Below, one piece after another: positions 1 to 8,113 of a stretch of 64,000 bases of DNA (position 1 is the stretch's first letter; each line of letters begins with the position of its first letter). The stretch comes from a virus. Under the pieces are notes generated by a model. That model searched no databases. It had not been told where the DNA came from and was given only the letters and a program-made list of their open reading frames with translations. The translations under genes and the position numbers were made by a program. The stretch is taken from IMG/VR virus record IMGVR_UViG_3300043015_000560, positions 16,086 to 80,085 of that record; one strand, 5' to 3'.

Positions 1-96
1 AAAACTATTTTAATCTAAATGCAAACGCAAACGATTACGCATTAGCAGCATAAGCTAATTGGGGTATGGGCTCCACCTTATAATCAAACGGGCCCA
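1..96 (+). ncRNA. ssrA: tmRNA, mRNA-like (tag) domain; 5' part lies outside the window
   Basis: TAAAT|GCA resume context; 21-53 reads ANANDYALAA*, close to the canonical ANDENYALAA tag; stop codon lies in the loop of hairpin ATTAGC(41-46)/GCTAAT(54-59) like tmRNA helix 5; followed by an H-type pseudoknot GGGGT(61-65)/ACCTT(75-79) and TGGGCTC(67-73)/GGGCCCA(90-96). Confidence 0.85.
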
Positions 97-115
97 ACAT
101 TAAAGGAGGACTTCC

Positions 116-610
116 ATGAGAACAATTCTAGGAATAATCTTGGGACTTTCAACTTTTCCAAGTACAGGTACAGGATTAGATGAACCCACAGATGTTGATT
201 TAAGACAAGTACATTGTTTAGCACACAACATTTATTTCGAAGCATCCAACCAAGGAACTGCTGGAATGGTTGGAGTAGGACAAGTAACACTCAATAGAGT
301 AAAGTCTAAAAAATATCCTAATACAATTTGCGAGGTTGTATACCAAGCAGAGTATAGGATAAACTGGAAAGGTAATAGAGTTCCTGTCCTAAATCGGTGC
401 CAGTTCAGTTGGTATTGTGATGGGAAAGCAGAAACAATACGTTACCCAAAGGATTATGATGAAGCTTATATTATGGCAGAACTTCTAATAGAAGACCGCC
501 TAGTTGATATAACAGATGGTGCCTTATTTTATCATGCGGATTATGTTAGCCCAAAGTGGGCAAAGAGCATGGCACAAAAAATAAAAATAGGCGACCATAT
601 CTTTTATTAA
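116..610 (+). CDS. Cell wall hydrolase, SleB/Hydrolase_2 family
   Basis: CLAHNIYFEA...VTLNRV...YPNTICEVVYQ...CQFSWYCDG...GALFYHADYVSPKW...IGDHIFY motifs; hydrophobic N-terminus; SD AGGAGG. Confidence 0.9.
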   Translation: MRTILGIILGLSTFPSTGTGLDEPTDVDLRQVHCLAHNIYFEASNQGTAGMVGVGQVTLNRVKSKKYPNTICEVVYQAEYRINWKGNRVPVLNRCQFSWYCDGKAETIRYPKDYDEAYIMAELLIEDRLVDITDGALFYHADYVSPKWAKSMAQKIKIGDHIFY

Positions 611-614
611 AAGT

Positions 615-643
615 TTGACAAATTACAAAAAAGATTATATAAT
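615..643 (+). promoter_or_regulatory. Sigma70-type early promoter
   Basis: TTGACA-N17-TATAAT perfect consensus. Confidence 0.85.
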
Positions 644-649
644 ACACAC

Positions 650-1525
650 ATGAATAAAACAATTCCAAATATTATAGTAACCGGCGGGTGTGGATTTATT
701 GGGTCACATCTTGTTGAAAGACTTCTAGCAGAGGGGTTCTTTGTTACTGTAGTAGATGACAGACGGGCGGGTAACAATGTAGTTACGCATCCTAATGTGT
801 TATACATTTTCCAAGACGTGGGAGTATTCAATCCTTTTGTTTCAGAGATAGACCCGCCCGTCGCAATATTTCACTTAGCAAACAGTCCGAGAGTTAGACG
901 CTCTTTAGATTACCCTACAGAGACCATTGTCAATAATGTTGTTACTACTGCCACTGTCTGTGACTGGGCACGAGTAATGAACTGTAGGCTGTTCTTCGCT
1001 ACATCTTCAAGTACCAAGTATATTAAGGAATCGAGAAACCCTTACACTTGGAGCAAGTATACCTGCGAAGATATGTTAACCCTTTATAAGGATCTATACG
1101 GACTAGAGTACACAAAGATGTTCTTTTATAATGTGTACGGTCCTCGAGAAGCAGACTATGGCGAGTATAGCACAGTTATTAGAAAATTTAAACAGGATTA
1201 CTTACAAGGAAAAAGTTTGACGGTATTTGGCACAGGTGCTAAAGAAAGAGACTTCACCCATGTTTATGATGTTGTCCAAGGATTGTTAGATTTATTGATA
1301 GACGAACAATGGTATGAGAATGTACACCTAGGCAAAGGTTCACCTCAGACTATTCAGTCTATTGCAGAAGAATTTAATACTTCAATTGTCTACTCTTTTG
1401 ATAAAGAAGGAGAGGCACAAAGAACCATGTGTGAACGACCGTATACAGAGTGCCCAACGAATGTTCATACTTATATTAGAAACTGGGTACGGGAGAACAG
1501 CGGTGACCGCCAAATTAGTCGTTGA
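650..1525 (+). CDS. NAD-dependent nucleotide-sugar epimerase/dehydratase (extended SDR)
   Basis: VTGGCGFIGSHL, YTWSK (YxxxK), FYNVYGP, RDFTHVYD motifs. Confidence 0.9.
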   Translation: MNKTIPNIIVTGGCGFIGSHLVERLLAEGFFVTVVDDRRAGNNVVTHPNVLYIFQDVGVFNPFVSEIDPPVAIFHLANSPRVRRSLDYPTETIVNNVVTTATVCDWARVMNCRLFFATSSSTKYIKESRNPYTWSKYTCEDMLTLYKDLYGLEYTKMFFYNVYGPREADYGEYSTVIRKFKQDYLQGKSLTVFGTGAKERDFTHVYDVVQGLLDLLIDEQWYENVHLGKGSPQTIQSIAEEFNTSIVYSFDKEGEAQRTMCERPYTECPTNVHTYIRNWVRENSGDRQISR

Positions 1526-1793
1526 CAATACTATGACAGAAGAAAAAATAAGTGATGTGCTTTTAATCACTAAAAAATTTAAAACATCTATAGAATTTTC
1601 ACAATTTATTGAGAGACGTTCCTTTGACGAGAGATCGTCAATCATGGACGTTATAATTGATTATTGTGAGAAGGAACAAATAGAACTTGAGTCCGTTAAC
1701 AAATTACTTAGCCCTAGTCTTAAAGAAAAAATTAAGGTAGAGGCGATGTCATTAAATATGCTCAAGGAGAAAGAAAATCAATTACCAATATAG
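1503..1793 (+). CDS. gp33: Late transcription coactivator gp33
   Basis: FSQFIE...IMDVIIDYCE...LLSPSLKEKIKVEAMSLNML...LPI; synteny before gp59; GTG start after GGAG (alternative ATG at 1533). Confidence 0.85.
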   Translation: MTAKLVVDNTMTEEKISDVLLITKKFKTSIEFSQFIERRSFDERSSIMDVIIDYCEKEQIELESVNKLLSPSLKEKIKVEAMSLNMLKEKENQLPI

Positions 1794-1800
1794 GTACAAT

Positions 1801-2409
1801 GTGGATCCCTTTGATGTTTACAAATTATATCTAGCTTTAAAGTTACACTTTACAACAGAAAGCTATGATATAACTAAAACTAAGGGTGCCGTGAGAGGTA
1901 AGAAAGAAACTTTTTTAAAGAGAAAAGATCTTACTTCAATTCGTAAACTAGCTAGAGATTATAGCAAGAAGGAAGTAATAGAATTGCTTGTTGCTAACTT
2001 TGTTAGTGGAGATAAATGGGGAGGAGTGTTTGACACTGATTCCGCAGAACGGTACAAGAAGTGGTTGACAACTAGGGATCGTTTGTTGTATACTTTTGGA
2101 GTAGATTTAGATAAAGTTATTTTCCGTATGGAGATAGAAGAGTCTAAGTCTGCAATTGAAGAAGAAGGGCATCCACTTATTTTTAAGATGTTGATGAGTG
2201 GTGAAATAAATTTAGAAACAGTTGTTATAATGGAAAAATTGATTCCATTTGTTGACAAGTATAAAGACGATTTTGTATTAGATGAATTGTGTTTATTGGT
2301 TTCTAAATATAAACCTTTTGTGAGGATTGATAAACAATCCGTTATGGAAAAACATCTGAACGCAATACAGAAGGTGTACGGCAATGTCCAAGTCGAGACG
2401 AAATCTTGA
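1801..2409 (+). CDS. gp59: Helicase loader gp59
   Basis: FDVYKLYLALKLHFT..YD...FLKRKD...ANFV...INLETVVI...YKPF; gp33-gp59-gp32 synteny. Confidence 0.9.
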   Translation: MDPFDVYKLYLALKLHFTTESYDITKTKGAVRGKKETFLKRKDLTSIRKLARDYSKKEVIELLVANFVSGDKWGGVFDTDSAERYKKWLTTRDRLLYTFGVDLDKVIFRMEIEESKSAIEEEGHPLIFKMLMSGEINLETVVIMEKLIPFVDKYKDDFVLDELCLLVSKYKPFVRIDKQSVMEKHLNAIQKVYGNVQVETKS

Positions 2410-2590
2410 TGAAGATAAAAAAATAAAAAGAGTCGGCAAAACGGTAAAGCAGAAGCTTGACAAATACCCAGCTCTTATATATAATATGTACTCATCTGAT
2501 AACACGGATGAGATACAAGGTGTTATGGACGAACTTTACAATGAAGAACGAAATAACAAATATATAACGCAATACAACGCATACAAATAA
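2384..2590 (+). CDS. Hypothetical protein (contains the gp32 promoter)
   Basis: 68-aa ORF fills the gp59-gp32 gap. Confidence 0.45.
   Translation: MSKSRRNLDEDKKIKRVGKTVKQKLDKYPALIYNMYSSDNTDEIQGVMDELYNEERNNKYITQYNAYK
2457..2485 (+). promoter_or_regulatory. Sigma70-type promoter for gp32
   Basis: TTGACA-N17-TATAAT. Confidence 0.8.
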
Positions 2591-2604
2591 TACAGGAGAA
2601 ATAT

Positions 2605-3516
2605 ATGTCGTTTAATTCACTATCGGATCTACGCAAAGCGCGTGGTGGCTTCGACAACTTAATGAAAGAAGTCGAAAAAATTGGTAACCCTAGTCAAGGA
2701 AATAATTCCGCTGACGAACGGGAATGGAAACCCACAGTAGATAAAGCAGGCAACGGTTATGCCGTTATTCGCTTTCTTGCACCAACAAAAGGAGAGGAAT
2801 TTCCTTGGGTGCGTTTATGGAATCATGGATTCCAAGGACCTACTGGCAAATGGTATATCGAAAACTCTCTCACTACCCTAAATCAGAATGACCCTGTTTC
2901 AGAATTGAACAGTGAACTCTGGAATAGTGGCGTAGAGGCAAATAAGGAAATCGCTCGTAAACAAAAGCGAAGACTTGCATACTATGCTAATATTCTTGTA
3001 GTACAAGATTCTGGCAACCCTTCGAATGAAGGTAAAGTGATGCTTTACAAATTTGGTAAAAAGATCTTTGACAAAATTAAAGATGTTATGCAGCCACAAT
3101 TTGAAGATGAAGCTCCACTTAACCCATTCGACTTCTGGGACGGTGCTAACTTTAAACTAAAAATTCGTCAAGTGGAAGGATACAGAAACTATGACAAATC
3201 TGAGTTTGATTCAGCATCACCAGTAGCAGCAACCGATGAAGAAATCGAAGCAATCTGGAGTAAACAGCATTCTCTACAAGAGATCGTTGCTCCAAGCAAC
3301 TTTAAAGATTACGCAACTCTGAAAACGAAACTGACACAAGTTTTAGGATCAGGTGCTTCAGTCGGAACTGCAGAACAGGTTTCAATGCAAACTAACGATG
3401 CCGAAGATGATAACTTTGCACAAAAAGTTGTTGCTCAGCAAGCTACAGTAAGTAGCGCATCCGAAGATGAAGATGAAACTTTATCCTACTTCGCAAGTCT
3501 AGCACAAGACGACTAA
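2605..3516 (+). CDS. gp32: Single-stranded DNA binding protein gp32
   Basis: DKAGNGYAVIRFL, HGFQGPTGKWYIENSLTT, NPFDFWDGANFKLKIR, acidic tail YFASLAQDD. Confidence 0.97.
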   Translation: MSFNSLSDLRKARGGFDNLMKEVEKIGNPSQGNNSADEREWKPTVDKAGNGYAVIRFLAPTKGEEFPWVRLWNHGFQGPTGKWYIENSLTTLNQNDPVSELNSELWNSGVEANKEIARKQKRRLAYYANILVVQDSGNPSNEGKVMLYKFGKKIFDKIKDVMQPQFEDEAPLNPFDFWDGANFKLKIRQVEGYRNYDKSEFDSASPVAATDEEIEAIWSKQHSLQEIVAPSNFKDYATLKTKLTQVLGSGASVGTAEQVSMQTNDAEDDNFAQKVVAQQATVSSASEDEDETLSYFASLAQDD

Positions 3517-3525
3517 GGAGTTTGT

Positions 3526-3555
3526 AAGGGGTCGGCAACGGCCCCTTCTTTTTTA
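3526..3555 (+). terminator. Rho-independent terminator
   Basis: AAGGGGTCG-GCAA-CGGCCCCTT stem with GNRA loop followed by a T tract. Confidence 0.85.
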
Positions 3556-3557
3556 TT

Positions 3558-4136
3558 ATGATAGTAATCTCAATGCCACGATGTGGTGGAACTAAATACT
3601 GCCAAGACTTGTCCAATACAACAGGACTTCCTTATAAGGGAGACATGGACATTTACAACCTTCCCGAATTAGGATCGGTTTGGCACCATATTAAAACTAC
3701 ACACCACGAAACTAATACTGGCGGATTGATTACAATCGACGATACTGTAGACACGGTATCTAACTATAAGGACAACATCGTTCTAATTAACAAAAACTTT
3801 ACACCCATGTTACCATTCGGCGATGTGTATTTAATTAGAAAGAACCTTAGAAACATCTTTACAAGTTTAACCGAGTATTGGCTACGAATAGGTGGGGGAG
3901 AGTTTCCTACCATATTTAATGAAAAGAACTTGAAAGAGATGGCAGTTCAGTGTAAAATATACATTGAATATTTAAACAACAATAATATTGAACCGGTTTA
4001 TTACGAAGATTATTTTAACGATCATCCTCACAATACACCAATACTAGATAACCACAAAGCTAAGGAAGCATACTTACACTTTATAGATGAGACTATGTCT
4101 CAATTAGGATTAAGCGCTCTTAGCTCAACTGGATAG
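3558..4136 (+). CDS. Hypothetical protein, sulfotransferase-like P-loop fold
   Basis: N-terminal ISMPRCGGT resembles the 5'-PSB loop; LIRKN...S and VYYED motifs are typical of sulfotransferase-like phage proteins. Confidence 0.5.
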   Translation: MIVISMPRCGGTKYCQDLSNTTGLPYKGDMDIYNLPELGSVWHHIKTTHHETNTGGLITIDDTVDTVSNYKDNIVLINKNFTPMLPFGDVYLIRKNLRNIFTSLTEYWLRIGGGEFPTIFNEKNLKEMAVQCKIYIEYLNNNNIEPVYYEDYFNDHPHNTPILDNHKAKEAYLHFIDETMSQLGLSALSSTG

Positions 4137-4190
4137 AGCAACGGCCTTCTAAGCCGTAGGTTGCAGGTTCGAGTCCTGCAGGGCGCGCCA
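4114..4190 (+). tRNA. tRNA-Arg (anticodon TCT)
   Basis: Cloverleaf: GCGCTCT/AGGGCGC acceptor, ACGGC-CTTCTAA-GCCGT anticodon arm, GTTCGAGTC T-loop, encoded CCA. Confidence 0.97.
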
Positions 4191-4231
4191 ATTAACAGAG
4201 GTCATTATGACAAGTAAAAGAGTATATCGCA

Positions 4232-4441
4232 ATGACAATGCCGAATGAAAGACGTTGGGCAGTTAACAACACTAGACAGTTCCTTCTAGACTTAATGGAT
4301 CCTAAGAAAACTCCTAGGGTACCAAGTGCTGTACGCAAAGAAGCATATCGTTGCTTAAAGCATTATCCAGGCGACTACCATATGGAAAAAGCGTCTGAAC
4401 AGGCACCTAACATATTTGGAGAGTGGGACAGTGGATTATAA
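4232..4441 (+). CDS. Conserved small hypothetical protein (BPSL0761-like)
   Basis: MTMPNER..AV..TRQFLLDL...TPRVP..VR..A..CLKHYP pattern. Confidence 0.65.
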   Translation: MTMPNERRWAVNNTRQFLLDLMDPKKTPRVPSAVRKEAYRCLKHYPGDYHMEKASEQAPNIFGEWDSGL

Positions 4442-4769
4442 TCCAGACAGTTGGGTAGTATTAAAGATTAAAGAAGGCAAAGGTACATTCCCTTTTTACA
4501 AAGTTCTAGCAGGTTGGAGTGGTGGTTACTTGGATGGTGACTCTTGGCGTATGAACAGCGGTATCACTGGTGTAGAGAAACAGGCATATCTGTATGGATT
4601 CTACGGTAGTTCTGGTTCTGTGTATTGGTGTCATAAAGGAGGTTATCGCTTGTCAATGTCGCTCGCTGGAGTGTATAATCAACTCAAAGAGAAAGAGAAA
4701 TTCAAAGGTCAGATTCAACTGATGCCCGAAGATACTGATTGGCTTAGTATTGATTGGGTGATAGAATGA
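4416..4769 (+). CDS. Conserved phage hypothetical protein
   Basis: PDSWVVLKI...YKVLAGWSGGYLDGDSWRMNSGI motif recurrent in phage ORFs. Confidence 0.65.
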   Translation: MESGTVDYNPDSWVVLKIKEGKGTFPFYKVLAGWSGGYLDGDSWRMNSGITGVEKQAYLYGFYGSSGSVYWCHKGGYRLSMSLAGVYNQLKEKEKFKGQIQLMPEDTDWLSIDWVIE

Positions 4770-4785
4770 CATTATATATAAGAAC

Positions 4786-5079
4786 ATGAAAAAAGTACAA
4801 CCAAAACAAATGGACTCTGTAAGGGAAACAATCGACAAACTCGACAGACTTCTTGTAGAATTAATTGGCCAACGTATAACTCAAATAGAACAAGCAGCCT
4901 TTATTAAAGGGGATAGGAATCTTATTATTGATGAATGGCGTATCGAAGACGTTATTACAAAGGTAAGAGCCGCTGCTGAAACCCACTATGTTAATCCAAA
5001 TTTAGTAGAAAAAGTTTGGAGAGTATTAATTGACGAATCTATCAAACATGAATTTGATGTTTACGATTCTAGCAATTAA
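4786..5079 (+). CDS. Chorismate mutase type II (AroQ) / isochorismate-pyruvate lyase-like
   Basis: VRETIDKLDRLLVELIGQR...AAFIK...DEWRIEDVI..V...VEKVWRVLI..SIKHE, retaining the AroQ Arg/Arg/Lys residues. Confidence 0.85.
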   Translation: MKKVQPKQMDSVRETIDKLDRLLVELIGQRITQIEQAAFIKGDRNLIIDEWRIEDVITKVRAAAETHYVNPNLVEKVWRVLIDESIKHEFDVYDSSN

Positions 5080-7925
5080 CCTCGATATCTACGATCCTGA
5101 TAACGTTCAATTGTATTAGTATTTGGCCTAGGAGTAGGTGCATTGGCTACGACAACTTTAGGTTCTTTACTAGCGCCACCACCACTATTATTTGTAACAT
5201 TGTTAATCACAGGAGCCGGTGCGTTTTGTGACGCTGGCATATTCTCTAGAGCAGTGCCTGTAGGTACAGGTTGTCCCGGAGCAGCAGTAGCTATCATTGT
5301 TCCTTGTTCTAATTGATCGGCTGACTCAAACTTGTCTTCGGGCTTGCCGAATATCCGATCGTTTTCTGATCGGAGAGTCTTCTCTAGTCCTGTTTCAGCG
5401 CTATCATCTGACAGGAAAGGGTGATCGGTGTGAGCACCTGAGTCCGGATACAGCATCTGCATAGATTTTTCCTGTAACTCTTCAGGTACATCCTGTCCGT
5501 TGATTTTAGTTACCTTGCCCATCTTTACTGTAGCTTCCACTTTACCTTTACTTGTATCAATACCCATCTCTTGAGCGATCTGTTCAACTACAGCGGTCTT
5601 ATGATCACCTTCTTTTTTTCTTCGCTCAATTTGATTTTGTCTTCTGTTAGAGGCACCACCGGCAAGTCCTTCTGCTTGTTCAGGGTTAGAGGTATCAGTG
5701 GTTTCTAGTTTGGATAAGTCTACATTAGCACCTTCTGCTTGTAGTTTTTGTATTGCCGCATCTTTGTTTTGTATGGCCTTTACAAGTCCCGCATTCTTCA
5801 TTGCTGCCTTATCATTATCAGAGTATTCATCTTCTGATTTGTCACCTAACAGTGCTTGATAATTATCTTCAGCTTGTTTCTCAATCTCTGCTCTTAACTC
5901 TGGGTTTACTTCTTCAATTTTATCTAAAGCTACTTGGGCTGCCTCATTTGATTCTGCAATCTCGCCCGGATCGACGGGTATTGCATCTGCTAAAGCCTCG
6001 CCTGCTTTACCACCTAACCAACTACCACCAAAGTATCCTAAAGCACCACCTATAATACCACCAATAGCTGTACCAACAATAGGAACAACAGAGCCAATAG
6101 CTGCACCTGCGGCCGCCCCTGCTATAGCTCCACCAGCACCACCGGCACCTGAACCAATGGCCTCACCTTTTTGTGATTGTGCTTCTTCCGCGGAGATTTC
6201 TAAATTCTCCATTTTATTTTCGGCGGACATGACACCTGTTACTGCTTCATAGGCACCCATGCCCACACCCGCAATGGCACCGCCGAAGCGGCCAATACTG
6301 CCCATGGCGCCCTTCATTACACCACCGCCGAGTAATCCTTTACTTGTTCCTTTTAAGGCCTTGCCGATTTTACCCATTCTGCTTTTAGGTTTCCGGCCGC
6401 TTTTGTTTTTACCTTTGTTTTTACCACCGAAGCCGCCAAAGAATCCACCGCCGCCATCGCTGCCACCCATACCACCGTTGGCAGCAACATCTTCTAAAAT
6501 GTCTTTGATGTCTTCTAGAAGTTCTACTTGTTTTTGACCTGTAGTCTCTTTATCTATTCCACTTTTAAATGTTCCATCACCTGGCTTAGTGCTTGTTGCT
6601 CTAGCTTGGGCTACCTTACTAGTGTTGTTATTAGTAGTATTCTCAGTAGTCTTTGTATTTGTAATCTTATTATTGTTTTCTTCTGTAGCAGAATCTAGTG
6701 CTTGACTAGTGTTATTAGATGTTTTTATAGAGTCTGTTTTTATTTTTACAGTCTCAGCTTTAATTTCTTTTGTTCCACCTTCTATAGTGTTGGTTTGAAT
6801 CTCTTTACTAGACTCTTTTTCTATAGTAGACTCTTTTTCTATAGTAGACTCTTTTTCCTTAGAAGCGCCTTTAGTTTTCTTAGACTCAGCGGGAGATTTA
6901 ACATCAACTTCATCTCCGCCAATTAACTGTAGACCCTCTGCACCAACGGCAGCTGCCATACCTTTGGCTTGGTCTTCTTTGGCAATTTCCATACGAGCAT
7001 TTTTAGCTTGCTGTGCGTCGGCGGCTTTATCGCCTGTTCCCAATACCTTAGATGCTAGGCCGCTCATTATACCACCACCGCCAGATAAGCCGCCGGTATT
7101 GGCATCACCGAATAAACGTGTTGGACTGAATGCTTGTTTTACTGCTGTTAATCCTGTAGCACCTTGATCTATATTAAGAGCTTCTTTTATTCTACTACCG
7201 GATCTTAAATCTTTTTTAACATTGTCTAAACCCAATGCCTGGTTTATCTTGTCTTTATTGTCGCCTGCTTTTGTTTCTAGTCTAGCAACTTGTTTAGATA
7301 TTTCATTTTTGGCTTTCTCTGCATCCTTACCTTTGAGGTCTTGTGCATTAGCCATAAGTTCGACAAGTTTCTTTAGCTCTGCTTGTGTTTCATCGCCTTC
7401 TTTTTCAAATATTTCTTGTAGGGTACCTGCATTGTCGCCAATATTTTTAGATAAACCTGCAGATGCTTTAGCTGCTCCAAACCCTAAGGTACTTGTATTC
7501 TCTTCCATTGCGCCAATAGTTTTACCTTTTCTAATACTATTAGCTAGTGACGCTATTCTAGATTCACTATCATCGAACCTTTCTTCAGTAGCATATTGTC
7601 CAGATGTTTCGTCTCTGAATTTTTCTCTGCCTTGCTTGTCGGTTTCCTTTCTTACTAATGTTTCACCGCCAATTTTAAGTCTACGCATTTGGTTGTTGGC
7701 ATCGCCGCGAACGGATCTAGCTCGGACATCTTTTAAGTCTTCGTTCGTCGTATCTGATAACACTTCAGTAGAGAGATTTCTTGTTTTATCATAAGACTGT
7801 ATACCCTCTGATCTAGAATCTTCTAGCGCAGATGCCGAGCCACTTTGTTTGAGCTCGTTATCCTTCATGGACTCTTCTCGCAAGTCCTTTTTACGGGTGT
7901 CTTTTAAATCGTCTCTTTCAGCCAT
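5076..7925 (-). CDS. Tail tape measure / baseplate hub protein (gp29-like)
   Basis: 949 aa; helical N-terminus, Gly/Ala-rich GAAIGSVVPIVGTAIGG membrane-like segment, PVINNVTNNS C-terminus; located after gp26/gp51. Confidence 0.75.
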   Translation of the reverse strand: MAERDDLKDTRKKDLREESMKDNELKQSGSASALEDSRSEGIQSYDKTRNLSTEVLSDTTNEDLKDVRARSVRGDANNQMRRLKIGGETLVRKETDKQGREKFRDETSGQYATEERFDDSESRIASLANSIRKGKTIGAMEENTSTLGFGAAKASAGLSKNIGDNAGTLQEIFEKEGDETQAELKKLVELMANAQDLKGKDAEKAKNEISKQVARLETKAGDNKDKINQALGLDNVKKDLRSGSRIKEALNIDQGATGLTAVKQAFSPTRLFGDANTGGLSGGGGIMSGLASKVLGTGDKAADAQQAKNARMEIAKEDQAKGMAAAVGAEGLQLIGGDEVDVKSPAESKKTKGASKEKESTIEKESTIEKESSKEIQTNTIEGGTKEIKAETVKIKTDSIKTSNNTSQALDSATEENNNKITNTKTTENTTNNNTSKVAQARATSTKPGDGTFKSGIDKETTGQKQVELLEDIKDILEDVAANGGMGGSDGGGGFFGGFGGKNKGKNKSGRKPKSRMGKIGKALKGTSKGLLGGGVMKGAMGSIGRFGGAIAGVGMGAYEAVTGVMSAENKMENLEISAEEAQSQKGEAIGSGAGGAGGAIAGAAAGAAIGSVVPIVGTAIGGIIGGALGYFGGSWLGGKAGEALADAIPVDPGEIAESNEAAQVALDKIEEVNPELRAEIEKQAEDNYQALLGDKSEDEYSDNDKAAMKNAGLVKAIQNKDAAIQKLQAEGANVDLSKLETTDTSNPEQAEGLAGGASNRRQNQIERRKKEGDHKTAVVEQIAQEMGIDTSKGKVEATVKMGKVTKINGQDVPEELQEKSMQMLYPDSGAHTDHPFLSDDSAETGLEKTLRSENDRIFGKPEDKFESADQLEQGTMIATAAPGQPVPTGTALENMPASQNAPAPVINNVTNNSGGGASKEPKVVVANAPTPRPNTNTIERYQDRRYRG
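6809..6857. repeat. 18-bp tandem repeat x2.7 (KESTIE) in tape measure gene
   Basis: TAGACTCTTTTTCTATAG repeated at 6809, 6827 and partially at 6845. Confidence 0.9.
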
Positions 7926-7930
7926 CGCTT

Positions 7931-8113
7931 TTAACCTTGTTGTTTAGACCTCTCAGCCTTTTTCTTTAAATGTGTTATTAACATAGCAACGTAAACTTCT
8001 CTTTCCCATGGCATCATATTTTCTAGTTCCGTCAAACTGTAATGATGTTCTTGCATTAACAAAAAATTAGTCTTGTAATAATTCTCAAGACTATCCTGAG
8101 AAAGAGTTAGGCG
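7931..8113 (-). CDS. gp51: gp51-like baseplate hub assembly segment, probably reached by -1 frameshift from gp26 (internal ATG at 8056)
   Basis: Missed by ORF track; reads RLTLSQDSLENYYKTNFLLMQEHHYSLTELENMMPWEREVYVAMLITHLKKKAERSKQQG*. Confidence 0.8.
   Translation of the reverse strand, partial: RLTLSQDSLENYYKTNFLLMQEHHYSLTELENMMPWEREVYVAMLITHLKKKAERSKQQG

Noticed and set aside
61-80. GGGG...CTCCACC as the tRNA-like acceptor ends of a standard one-piece tmRNA
   Set aside because: No T-arm, no CCA (reads CCACCTT) and too close to the tag; better explained as a pseudoknot
1362-1502. Long N-terminal extension of gp33 given by the ORF track
   Set aside because: Overlaps the epimerase by more than 160 nt; SD-led GTG at 1503 is more plausible
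1522-1550. TTGACA near the gp33 start as a promoter
   Set aside because: No acceptable -10 hexamer at 16-18 bp spacing
5753-7794. Several plus-strand ORFs antisense to the tape measure gene (and similar shadows over gp59, VrlC-like, fibre, gp18, gp20 and gp22 genes)
   Set aside because: No SD or promoter, low-complexity translations; typical shadows of biased codon usage
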